The translations under genes and the position numbers were made by a program. From Chiloscyllium plagiosum (taxonomy: Eukaryota), in assembly GCF_004010195.1 (NCBI RefSeq), contig NC_057726.1, positions 69,002,458-69,066,457 on the forward strand: 64,000 bases of DNA, read 5' to 3'. A model generated the notes under the pieces. The model made no database searches, was not told the origin of the DNA, and worked only from the letters and a program-made list of their open reading frames with translations. Of this stretch, positions 27,760 through 39,323 are shown piece after piece; position 1 is the first letter of the stretch, and every line of letters starts with the position of its first letter.

Positions 27760-29090
27760 ATATTAGAACACAAGTGAAAGGAATGGACTATTGGGCCTAT
27801 CAAGTCTGTTCAGGCTTTCAACTAGATTATAGATGTCATTCCAACCCCACACCATTTTCTGTTGATGTCTTTCACTTAAAAAAAAATCATTTACTGTTAT
27901 TACCATACTCCATGACTGGCCCTCAATATTGCTCTTTGTGGAGAATTGTGATGGCTCATTATCCTCTGGTAAAGAAATCCTTCCTCTTCTCAGTCTGAAG
28001 TATCCTCCCAATACTCCATGATGTTGGTTCAGATCCCTCCTTACCCTCTCCACAACTGCCATAATCAGTGAAGGGGAAATATCCTTCCTGTATGTACCTT
28101 GGTGAGTCCTCTAAGGAATTTGCGTGCTTCAACAAGAACACTTTTATATCTTTGAAACTGTAGTGAGCATCAGCTCAATATTTTCAAGCTTTCCTCTTTG
28201 GACCATCACATCAGCTAACTCTATGAACTTTCAATACACTACCTTTATGGCAAGTATATCCATCCTAAGCACAGGAGATCAAAACTGTGTACAATACACA
28301 ATAGGTTGGGTGTCTGTACAATTACAGTGAAGCTCTTTTCTCCTGTACCCAAAATACGTTGCAATTGAGGCCCAAATAACACTTAACTTGCTTATTCCTT
28401 ACTATTCCTCTGAGTTAAATTTCAGTGACTCTTATGATAAAAAATGAACAGATCCCTTTAGGAAGTGATCATTCCCAAACTTCCACCGTTTAAGATGTCC
28501 ATTTTCTGTTGTATTCCAACCAGAGTAGATAAGTTCACACCAACTTCGCATTTCATCTGCTAACAGTCTTGCCAATTCACTTTTTTCTGTCTAAGATCCC
28601 AGAAAGTCCCCTAGCATTCTCCTCATAACTCATAGTTTCATCTAGAATTGCATCATCCACAAACTTGGAGATATTACAATTAGATACTCCACATCTAACT
28701 CAGTTATACAGATTGTGAGCAGCTGGCATCACAGCAGTTTTCTTTGTGGTACCCCATTAGTCTCACACTGTCAAGGCGAGGGTGATCCATTTATTCCTAT
28801 TTGTTCCCTTTCATTGAAAAAGCAATGCATGCAAAATATTAACACTAATCCCAAGTGTGTGAATTTTATAAAAATCCATTTATATGACACCTGATCAAAA
28901 AGCTGCTCAAAATCCCAATACACAACATCCATGAGATGGACTTAAGTTTCCTGGTTGATACATTATCCTAAAACTCCAATAGATTTCATAAACATTTTTT
29001 TCCTTTTCTAAATCTACTTTGACTCTGCAAATACAATCATTATCCAAAATGTCCAGCTATCGGAACCTTTACAATAAATACTAACATTTT
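27760..29090 (-). mobile_element. Old CR1 LINE fragment
   Basis: Degenerate reverse-complement CR1 RT and tail; TEKRKDFFTRG in ORF 27959-28141. Confidence 0.6.
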
Positions 29091-29749
29091 CATGATGAAG
29101 AGTCATCTAGACATGAAACATTGGCTTGCTCTCCCTTCACGAATGCTGTCTAACCTGCTGTGATCTCCAGCATTTGTTGTTGTCAGTACAGAATCCAGCA
29201 CCAACAGTAATTTGCTCCAGCAATCTCAACAGGTGTAGTTCACCGTGGACAGATTAGATCATGGCAGGAGTTGCACCAGGCCCAACTGAAAATGTGCTAC
29301 TGAACCAGCAGAGCTCTAACACAAACTTACCTGCATCAATTGCTGTAGAGAGTGCCAGGCTTTCACCAAATCAAGGGATTAAAACATTTTCTTCAGTGCA
29401 GCTTCAGGTTAATGTTAGTGAAGGAGAACATTTGAAAATGCACTGGCAAGTGAAATCAGAGACAGGTCAAAATTTACATTCTGAAAGCTAGTGGATTCAT
29501 CTGCATTACCCTAAAATAAAAATCTTCAGTGGGTAAACCAGCCAGTTCAAAAGAAGCGTCATACTGGACTTGAAATGTTGTTGCTGGTGTGACTTCATTG
29601 ATGCAGACTGAATTGCTCAGTTCCTTCAGAATTTTGGAAAGCGTGGATGACTGTGGGACCTTGCCGTATTCTGCTGAATCAAATGAACATGTAAGTGTTA
29701 TTGATAGCCAAAGGTACAGAGTTCTACAGACAAAGAAATGCTCTGAGAC

Positions 29750-30085
29750 CACAGATATCAGTCTTCAGCTAGTTTGATTGACTCCAGGTGATATCAAGAA
29801 ATGACTGAAGACCCTGGATACTGCAAGGTCTATTCCACCACACAATGTTTTGGTAATTGGTCTGAAGACTTATGCCCAGAGCTTTTGACACTCTTAGCCA
29901 CGTTGTCCCAGTACAGCTGAGCCATTGAAAATGTGAAAAATGTCTTGGTATATACTGTACCCAGAAAACAGGAGAATCTATCTTGTTCAATTCCGGCTGT
30001 AATAAGCTACTCTCTTTCTTCAGTATGGTAATGGAAGGGATGATCAACAGTGCAAAAAATCAGCACTTGCCCAGCGATCATATGC
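29750..30085 (+). mobile_element. Degenerate L2/CR1-group LINE RT fragment
   Basis: Peptide traces TDISLQLV..TPGDIKK*LKTLDTAR and LLSFFSMVMEGMINSAKNQHL; related to the 55420-55660 copy. Confidence 0.65.
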
Positions 30086-30089
30086 CAAT

Positions 30090-30420
30090 GGGGAGGCGAT
30101 AGTCTAGTGGTATTATCAGTGGACTATCAACCCAGATAATGCCTGGGGAGCCGGGTTCAAATCCGATCACAGCAGATGACAGAATTTGAATTCAAAACAA
30201 AATATGGAGTTAGAAGTCTAATAATGACCAGGATTCCATTGGTGACTGTTGGAAAAACTCGTCAGGGAAGGAAATCGGGCATCCACATGGCTGATCAACA
30301 TGTGACTCCACTCTCATGGTAATGTGGTTGACTCTTAACTTCTCTTTGGGCAATTGGGAATGGGTAATAATTGTGGCCAGGTTAGTGAAATCCTCATCCC
30401 ATGAATGAATAAAGAAAAAT
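30090..30420 (+). mobile_element. Second tRNA-derived SINE family with an L2-like tail
   Basis: A-box-like agtctagtggta and B-box GGTTCAAATCC; 3' tail shared with the L2-like LINE ends (ccatgaatgaataaagaaaaa). Confidence 0.55.
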
Positions 30421-31399
30421 AGTATATATCCTCTTTTAGGCGAAAGTGAGAACTACAGTGTTGGAGATTAGAGTTGAGAGTGTGGTGCTGGAAAAGCATA
30501 GCAGGTCAGGCAGCATCCAAGGAGCAGGAGAGTCAATTTTTCGGGCAAATGCCCTTCATCACGAATATATTGTTTGTTGTTGGGGTAAAGTTTGTAACTC
30601 CTGCCATTACAGCAGTGTATACTCACATGACTTGGGCTGCAGTAGTGCAAGAAGGCACCTCATACCAACCTCCCAGGGGTAATTAAGGATGTGTAACAAA
30701 TGTTGACCCAGCCAGCAAAACACAGTTCCCCTGAATTGTGTAAAAAAAATCAAATATTGTTTGTTTGCATTCAAGATTTTTAAAAGGGCAATACGCAATC
30801 TTATGCTGATCAGAGGAAAGGTATATTTGCATCACAGAAGGGTAAGACACTACTGATTTATCAGAGTACAACAATCTCCTCTTTATATTTAAGCTGATTA
30901 CCATTACTGCATAGCCTGAGAGCCAATAACGTCTGGGATAACCATTGCATGTAAACTTATCATTAACTGAGAAACAAATTGAAGTGATAAGTACAGGCAA
31001 TGAGATTGGAACTGTGAATTTATTAAATCATCTAATGACTCATATAAGATACAGTACATATACAATGAAGTATCTTACCTTTTTCTGAATTCTGCTCCAA
31101 ATTTTCTGGAGATCATCATCTCTATTCAACAACAAGCAGCCTGTATGATTGGAACATTGTACATTCGCGATGAACATCCTGTTCTTCCATTCTTCCTCAT
31201 TGCCTATGCAATTGTCCTTTCAGAGCATTTCCCAATCCTGCAACCTCTATCAATAAGAAAAAAAAGGAAGTGAAAGCATAATGGAAAACTAAAGACGGCA
31301 AAGCCCCATTCAATTCACTGTCCTTTTAGATCTTTCTGTGTTCTGCCCACATCAAATGGATTGAAAAATTTAACAAGGTAACTCACCGCCACAAGGCAA

Positions 31400-34300
31400 A
31401 ATAGATCCTGATGGGTAGCCTCCTACCAGGAGTCAGGATGTGAGGAAGAAAAAACAATCTGAAGATAGAAAAGGCGTGTAAAGGCATGAAGTGTAAAGTT
31501 ACATAATCATGGGGGACTCCAATATGCACGTGGACTGAAAAAATCAGGTTGGTAGCAGATCCCAAGAAAAGGAACTTATAGGTTATCACTGAAATGTTTT
31601 TGGCAACATTTTATGGTAGACCCAAAGGGGGACCAAGCAATTCTTGATTTGGTAACATGTAATGCGGCAGACTTAATTGGGAGCTGAAGGTTAAGCAATC
31701 CCTAGCAGGGAGAGACCTTAATTTGATCAAATTCATCCTGCAACATGAGAGGTAGAAGCTCTCATTGGCAGCACGGTAGTACAGTGGTTAGCACTGCTGC
31801 CACGCAGCGGCAGAGACCGGCGTTCAATTCCCACCTCAGGAATTTGCACATTCTTCCCGTGTCTGCGTGGGTTTCCTCCAGGTGCTCCGGTTTCCTCCCA
31901 CAGTCCAAAAATGTGCAGGTTAGGTGAATTTGCCATGCTAAATTGCCCGTAGTGTTAGGTGTATGGGAGTGGGTCTGGGTGGGTTGCGCTGTGGGGTGGG
32001 TCGTTGTGGACTGGTTGGGCCGAAGGGCCTGTTTCCACGCTGTAAGTAATCTAAAGCTCGAATCAGATGTAATGGCATGACAATTGAGTGAAAGTAAATA
32101 TAAAGACATGAGGAGGAAGTGGCCAGAGTTGGATGGGGAGCCTAGCAGGGAAGATGTTGGTGCACCAATGGCAGGAAATTCTGGGCATAGTTTGGGACAC
32201 ACAGCAGAAAGTCATTCCAAGGAAAAAGTGGCATACGAAAAGGAGGATGAGGCAACCAGGGCTCACAATGCAAGGCAGAGACAGCATAAAACCAAAAGAA
32301 AAAGCATACAATGTGGTGAAGATGAGTGGGAAAACAAAACATTGGGAAGCCTTTACAAACAAACAGAGAATAACTGAGAAAGAAATAAATGAGAGAAGAT
32401 GAAATATTACAGTAAGCTCAGTCATAATATAAAGAGAAGATTACAAGAGGTTTTTATAGATGTGTAAAACAAGAGAGCGGCAAGTATGGATATTGGATTG
32501 CTGGAAAATGAATTTGGAAAGTTAGTTGGAAGACACAAAGAAATGGCAGAACAACTGAGTAAGTACTTTACATCAGTCTTCAAGGTAGAAGACACCAGAA
32601 CTTCAAGAGAGTCAGTGAGCAGTGGTGAGTACAGTGGCCAACAATCAGAAGTGCTGGGGAAGCTGAAAGTTCTGAAGATGGCTTAATTATCCAGACCAGA
32701 TGCAATACATCACAGAGTTCTGAAGGAAATAGCTCAGGAGATGTTGCAGGCATTAGTGGCGTTCTTTCAGGAATCACTGGCGCCAGAGAGGGTCTGATGG
32801 GACTGGAAAGTTGCTCATGTAACAACACCATTTGAAAAGGGAGGGAAGTATAAGACATGAAACTACAGATAGGTTAGGAGAAAAAGAGGACTGCAGGTGG
32901 TGGAGATCAGAATCAAGAGTGTGGTGCTGGAAAAGCACAGCAAGTCAGCAAGCATGTGAGGAGCAGGAGAATAGACCTTTCAGACATAAGTCCTACATCA
33001 GGACTGTTTAACCTGACCTTAGTCTTTGGCAAGATTTTAGAGTCCATTCTTAAGGATAAGATTCCGGAGTAGAGTCAAAGAATTATTCAGCATGGAAACA
33101 GGCCCTTTGGTTAAACCAGTCCATGCCAACCATGCTCGCAAATTAGCCCTACCTACCTGCACTGGCCCTTATGCCTCCATAACTTTCTTATTCATTAACT
33201 TATCCAAATGTTTTTCCAATGTTGTAACTGTACCTGCATCCAAACCTTCTCTGGCAGTTCATTCCACCCATGTGTGTAAACAAGTTGCCCTCATGTTCTT
33301 TTTAAATCTTGCTCCTCTCACCTTCAGAATATGTCCACTAGTTTTGAATTCCCCTCACCCCAAGGGAAATGGCCCTAGTTCTTCACCTTGTGCATGCTCC
33401 TCACGATTTTGGAAACCTCAACAGGGTCACCCCTCAACTTCCAATGCTCCAGTCAATAAAGTCCCAGCCTTTCCATTCTATTTTTTGTCTCAAATGCCCT
33501 ACTCCCAGCAATATGTTGATAAATCTTTTCTGAACCCTCTTCACTTTAATAATATCCTTCCTATAACAGTGCAACCAGAACTGCACATTCGAGAAGTGGC
33601 TTCACCAACATCCTGCACAACCTCAACATAACATCCCAACTCCTATGCTCAAAGATCTGAGCAATGAAGGCAAGTGTGCTAAATGCCGTCTTAACCATAC
33701 TGTCCAACTGTGATGCAAATTTCAAAGAACTATGTACCTGAACACCTGGGACTCTATTTTCTGCAACACTATCCAGGGCCCGACAATTAATTGCATAATT
33801 GTTTGCATCACCAAAATGCAATACCTCACATTTATGTAAATTAAACTCTATCTCCCACTCCACAATCCATTTACCAAATTGACCAAGATGTCTTTGTAGT
33901 CTCAATGTATGGCAAAATAGGGCTGAGTCTGCACAAGAGAGATCATGTCTGACAAATCTGTTAGAATTCTTTGAGGAGGTAATGAGCAAGTTAGGCAAAG
34001 CAGAACCAGTGGACGCGATCTACTTGGATTTCCAGGAGAACTTTGTCAAGGTGCTGTGCAGAAGGCCGCTAAATACAATAATATCCCATGGACTTAGGGG
34101 CAAGGTACTGGCATAAATGAAGGACTGGTTGACTCACGGGAGGCAGAAAGAGAAAGGTTAAAGTCATATTTATCATCAGAGCTATCAGTAACTTGTTGAG
34201 TTCCACGGAGGTCCGTGTTGGTACCCCAAACATTCATGTTCCACAATACAATCTGGATGGAGGAACTGAGGGCATTGCTGCTATGTTTCCAGATGATGAC

Positions 34301-35330
34301 AGGTTGATGGAAGGATAGTGTTCATGAAGCAGGGAGGCTGCAGAAGGACTTGGACAAACCTGGAGAATGTGCAAAGACGTGGCAGATGGAATACAATGTG
34401 AGCAGGTGTGAGGTTACGTGCATTATTAGGAAGATTGGAGGCATCGACTGTTTTCTAAATGGGGAAAGGCTTCAGAATTCTGAGCACAAAATGATTTAGG
34501 AGTTCTCATTGAGGATTCTCTTAAGGTTAAATGCAGGTCCAGATGGCAATTAACAAAGCAAATGCAGCATTAGCATTCATTTAAAGAGAGTTCGAATGCA
34601 AGTGCAGTGATGTACTGCTAAGGCTGTGTAAGGCTCTGATCAGACAGCTTTTGGGACATTCTTAGCAGCTTTGGGCCCTCTATATAAGGAAAGATATATT
34701 GACATTGGAGGGGTCCAGAGGAAATTTGCATGAATAATCCTGGGGAAAGGATGATCAACAGTGCAAAAAATCAGCACTTGCCCAGCGATCATATGCTTTT
34801 GGGACATTCTTAGCAGCTTTGGGCCCTCTATATAAGGAAAGATATATTGACATTGGAGGGGTCCAGAGGAAATTTGCATAAATAATCCTGGGGATGAAAG
34901 GCCTGTCGTATGACGAGTAGATAAGGATTGTGGATCTATGCTCAGTGGAGTTTAGAATGGTGAGAGGGATGCTCTTTGAAACTTACGGAATACTGAGAGG
35001 CCTGAATAGAGTGGACATGGTGAAGAGGTATGCACTAGTCGGAGAGACTTGAACAAGAGGACAGTACTGCAGATTGAAGGGGTGACCTTTTAGAACTGAG
35101 ATTACGAGGAATTTCTTCAGGCAGAAAGTAATTAATCTGTGGAACACATTCCCTCAGGAGGCTGCAGAGGCCAAGTACATTGAAGACAAAGGTAGGTTCT
35201 TGATTAATAAAGGGATCAAGAGACAAGGGGAGAAAGCAGGAAAATGGAGTTGAGAAATGGACCCGCCATAATCAAATGGTGAAGCAGACTTGCTGGGCTG
35301 AATGGCCTAATTCTGTTCCGAGATTTTGTG
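31400..35330 (+). mobile_element. Long degenerate CR1 ORF2 (endonuclease to 3' end) with a nested V-SINE (31767-32053), a PLE short repeat and an antisense CR1 fragment (~33070-33905)
   Basis: IMGDSN endonuclease trace at ~31505; EMAEQLSKYFTSVFKVED in ORF 32486-32686; RSCLTNLLEFFEEV and YLDFQ at 33940-34035; CR1 tail at ~35300. Confidence 0.8.
34647..34894 (+). repeat. 100-bp tandem duplication flanking a 48-bp insert copied from 30038-30085
   Basis: 34647-34746 and 34795-34894 differ at one base; 34749-34796 is identical to 30038-30085. Confidence 0.95.
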
Positions 35331-35609
35331 GCCTTCTGGTGTTTAATGCTTAATCCCAATTTAGTTCATAAATTTTCCTCAGTTCTTTATTGTTATATCA
35401 AGCAAAAAGCAAGTGCTGTCATGTCTGCATTAAGGGGATTCATTGTTGGACAATGTCCCAATCATCCATGCCGACCATTATCCCAAACTAATCTAGTCCC
35501 ACCCGCCTGCTTTTGTCTTATAATCCTCCTTTCTTATTCATGTATAAATCAAAATCGCTCTTAACCATTCACCATGATGTGGAGGTACTGATGTTACACT
35601 GGGGTGGAC

Positions 35610-35802
35610 AAAGTTAAAAATCACATAACGCCAAGTTAAAGACCATCAAGTTTATGTGGAAGTACTAACTTTCCGAGCGCTGCTCCTTCATCAGGTAGGC
35701 TCATCAGAATGCGACAGCAATGTAATGAAGAAGCAGGGCTCTGAAAGCTAGTACTTCCAAATAGACCTGTTGGACTATAACCCGGTAGTGTGATTTCTAA
35801 CC
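35610..35802. repeat. Palindromic Penelope-derived short repeat (second family)
   Basis: Arms gttaaaaatcac...ttcatcagg and atgaagaagc...gtgatttctaac are imperfect reverse complements; each carries a degenerate CTGATGA...GAAA core. Confidence 0.6.
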
Positions 35803-36206
35803 TTTAAACGTTGTAACTGTACCGGGATCCATCACTTCCTTTGGATGTTCATTCCAAACACAAACCACTCTCTGTGTAAAAAAAAATCAAAAATGCTTGC
35901 TTTTAAAATTTTTCTTCCTTTTATATTAAATATTTTACTCGTACCTATATGCATATATTTTATGAATATTAACTCCTCAGGAGGGGTATTTTGTCATATT
36001 TTATCTCTTGACAGCATATCCCTTCAAATAATTATTGCAGCGTTCTCCACATCAGCTTTACTTTTTCATGGCTAAAAATGATTAGTCTGCCTTCTTAATG
36101 TTCACCCTGTTGTGCCATTTACTTTAAAGTGAAAACTGGTAGCTTTCAGTAACCCCAATCATTCATTGCACACTGTAAAATAATCTCTGACCCCTTTATT
36201 CGGTTT

Positions 36207-36354
36207 TCTCTGTAAAATTGCTTGCACCAGCAACTGATACCGGAGGTAATGTGGTTTGCAAACTTACATTTTCAAACCCCCCCTGTTTTGATGCATGTTC
36301 TAATTTCCAATTCAATATGATTACTTAATCTTACTAACCTGTTAATGTAAACTT
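36207..36354 (+). repeat. Copy 1 of a ~148-bp direct repeat (copy 2 at 38074-38222)
   Basis: tctctgtaaaattgc...cttactaacctgttaatgtaaactt aligns end to end with scattered substitutions. Confidence 0.9.
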
Positions 36355-37786
36355 AATAGCAAAAGCGGCACTATGTTTATCGTGACCTTGTACTCAAGCG
36401 CGTTTGGGTGGGACAGTTTCATTCAGTTGCGGAACCAGTCGAGAAAACGTGAAATTATCAATTCGCTATCTTGCCTGCCAATGTTCCGTGTTTGAATGCA
36501 AAACGCAAGGAGTTCAGTAATTTGAACTTGACACAATTTACTCGGCCTCTGAATGAATATTTACCCCAGTGCGGATTCCCAACATTACCGGCTAAATAAG
36601 GCCAAATTCGGGAATTATTACCTTGTTTTTTCATTTAATTTGACACCAGATGGACCAGAAGTGTCATTGTTTACTGATCGTCGATTAAATGTCATTGATA
36701 ACTGCATCCTCACCCTCGTTATTTAATGGAATGATGACTCTTTTCTGTGACTTTGGAAGGTCAGTCTGGAGAGAAGCATAAGGAATTCCACGTGATTTAT
36801 AGTCCGTGCTTTTTTGTTAAAGTTCATTTTTGGTCACTTGGTACACGAGAAGTTGCAAATATCACATGATTATCTGCTATGACAAAATATAGAGGAAAGT
36901 TCCAATGCACACGAATCAGACATGGCAAATTTCAGCGGTTAGCCATTATAAATTCAGCGATTTTAATCTGGAACGTGAATAAAATCTCACAGAAGTCATG
37001 GGTCCAACTTAATACTGAACTCTGAGCCACTTCTGCATCAAGCCTGATTTCCACTTGAAACAAGATGCCGAATTATTTCGATTATTGTTCTGCTGGGTGC
37101 TGGATAACGTTATTATCTGAGAAGCATTGGCGTTTATAAGATACTCTAGAAACCATACTTATACTATTGTGCCGAGGGAACAGGCAATCGCATAAACTGC
37201 ATTCATTTCCCGGTGGAATGTCTATCATTATTTCTTATGAAGGAAGTAATAGCACATTTGGAAAATCCTAATAGAATCAAACAAATTCATACGTTATTTT
37301 TTCGAAAGATAATAATACTTTACGCAGAATTTAGAGTTATTCGAGGCCTGGTGAAGTCGAGCCACGTGAAAAACCAATCTAAAAGAACATCGAACACGAA
37401 CATAAGGTGAAACAAGCGGTGGACGGGTTCAGTGAATAGAAAGATGTTAAGCAGGTGGGAGTATCATCTGAGGAATTTGGTGGGGAAAAGAGAAATCAGT
37501 AAGTAATTTAACTGGATGTAAACTACAAAATGATGTGGAATATAGGGATATCCGTGTCTTTATAAGAAAAAAAAGTTAGCACTAAGAAACAGCAAGCATT
37601 TGGTAGCAGAATGAGTCTTTATTAGTTGGGCGATCTGGTACAAACAGAGGAAAGGCTCGCTAACAGCTATCAGGGACATTGATGAGATCGGACCTGAAGA
37701 CTGCGACAATTTTGGTCCCCTGAACCAAGTGATAACCTTCAATTAGAGACAGCTTACAGGAGGTTGTCTGGGTTGTTACTTCCACT

Positions 37787-38070
37787 GGGAATTGCAAAAA
37801 GCTTTCAAAGAAAGAGAGATAAAAAAAAGAGTCTTCTATTAATTCAGCATTCAGATATGAGGTGAAGACTTCTAATGCAGTCCAACAGGAATAAATATAA
37901 ACCGTTTTAAAAATTGACTTTGTTCAGAAGATATCAGTCGAGATCATCTTTAGGATCAACACGTGCTGAAGCATAATCATATTGGACGAAGGAATAATCA
38001 ATTCTTGCCAATAGACGGACGTTGTGGTGAATTTACAGCAGAGCAGCCTCAGATTGGGTGAGATTCTGCA
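37787..38070 (-). pseudogene. Inverted relic of the receptor gene 5' end (proximal promoter, leader exon, intron 1, first ~14 nt of the V exon)
   Basis: Diverged reverse complement of 39188-39485. The minus-strand leader from 37980 reads MIMLQHVLILKMIST; its donor is changed GT>AT and its TATA is changed to TGTAAAT. The acceptor ctttgaaag is intact, but homology stops after AFCNS. Confidence 0.85.
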
Positions 38071-39178
38071 AAATCTCTGTAAAATTGCATGCATCAACAA
38101 CTTATACCGGAGTTAATGTGGTTTGCAAGCTTACATTTTCAAAATTCCTCCTGTTTTGATCCATGTTCTAATTTCCAATTCAATATGTTTACATTATCTT
38201 ACTAACCTGTTAATGTAAACTTGCTTGTTGAACCATTTAGGTTCCCGAAGAGTGACTGGATGGATACTAAGTGGGCCTTTGCTCTTCTGAGAGAGCCTAC
38301 AACTCGAGGTTGGGAGGGGAGGGAACGTTCAAAATAGAGAAAGGCCATCGAACACGGAAATTCGGAGGATTTCTTTTCTTTGGAAAGGTGTTCTTTAGAA
38401 TCATCTATCTTAGAGAACGATCCGGGTTTTTAAATATGTTGAAAGCAGAACAAGACAATTTTTTGATTTTCAAGTCGTTCAAAGGTTTTGTTTTGGTTGG
38501 GTTGGGGGGGGATGGGTGGTAATATTAAGAGAAAGTGGGAACACAATTCAAGTCCAAAATCAGATGAGTGAATTTATTGAATGGAAGGACGGGCTCGTAT
38601 GTCCAACTTGTCTACCCCTGATTCTATTCCCTAAGATATATGTTCTTAATATCCAACCTATAACAATCTATCGAAGGGTATAAACATATTACAGAGTCCG
38701 TTGATGAAAATCTGAATAAAATTAAACTGAAATCAAATCGAGTCCGGATAAAAAAGACTTCACACTATCACACGAATCAAAGGCAACCCATTAAAAACTT
38801 GCTGATTTCACATCGCCTGGTGGAGCAATTGCAGATGCAACGATTCAACTCGATCTCATATTTCTGTTAGTACTCTGTCGCTTTGTTTTATATTTTCAAC
38901 ATCCGCAGTACTTCGCAATTTTCCTTTGGCCTTGACAGCAGCTTGTTGGTTAGTTTCGGCAGAAGTGCCTTTGCTTTCGTTCCTCACCGCTCAATGTTCA
39001 AATCCAGGTCATCTACCTCAAAATATTTATATTTCAGGAAACTATTATAATAGAAACCTCAGTAAGCCAATAGGCTGGGTAGAACTTGACTGGTATGATC
39101 TTTATTGTAGTTCCTTCTCAAACCTTTCAAAGTTCACATGTACCACAGCACTTCACCAGTTCTTTCATGATTGGGTAT

Positions 39179-39227
39179 ATGCAAATGTGCAGAACCTCAC
39201 GCCATCTGAGGCCGCTCTGCTATAAAT
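39179..39227 (+). promoter_or_regulatory. Octamer (ATGCAAAT, 39179-39186) and TATA box (TATAAAT, 39221-39227) upstream of the leader exon
   Basis: Perfect octamer 99 nt and TATA 57 nt upstream of ATG 39278; E-box CATCTG at 39203; RUNX-type ACCACA at 39230. Confidence 0.6.
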
Positions 39228-39277
39228 TCACCACAACGTCCGTCTATTGGCAAGAATTGATTATTCCTTCATCCAGT

Positions 39278-39323
39278 ATGATAATATTTCAGCGCATGTT
39301 GGTCCTAGAGATGATTTGGACAG
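39278..39323 (+). CDS. Exon 1, signal peptide (MIIFQRMLVLEMIWT-A)
   Basis: ATG downstream of TATA; phase-1 donor CAG|GTATTG; 148-nt intron to the V exon; reading frame conserved in the inverted paralogous relic. Confidence 0.7.

Noticed and set aside
29230-29750. ORFs 29261-29491, 29589-29777 and 29474-29752 (SITLTCSF looks Ig-like)
   Set aside because: No Trp or second Cys in Ig spacing, several stops and no coherent splice structure; left unassigned.
37065-37110. Hydrophobic RIISIIVLLG stretch as an alternative leader exon
   Set aside because: The nearby ATG is out of frame, the frame is closed upstream and the donor is poor; the 39278 leader fits better.
38909-38948. Acceptor/donor-flanked 40-nt candidate exon upstream of V
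   Set aside because: The phase-compatible frame contains TGA and no start codon is available.
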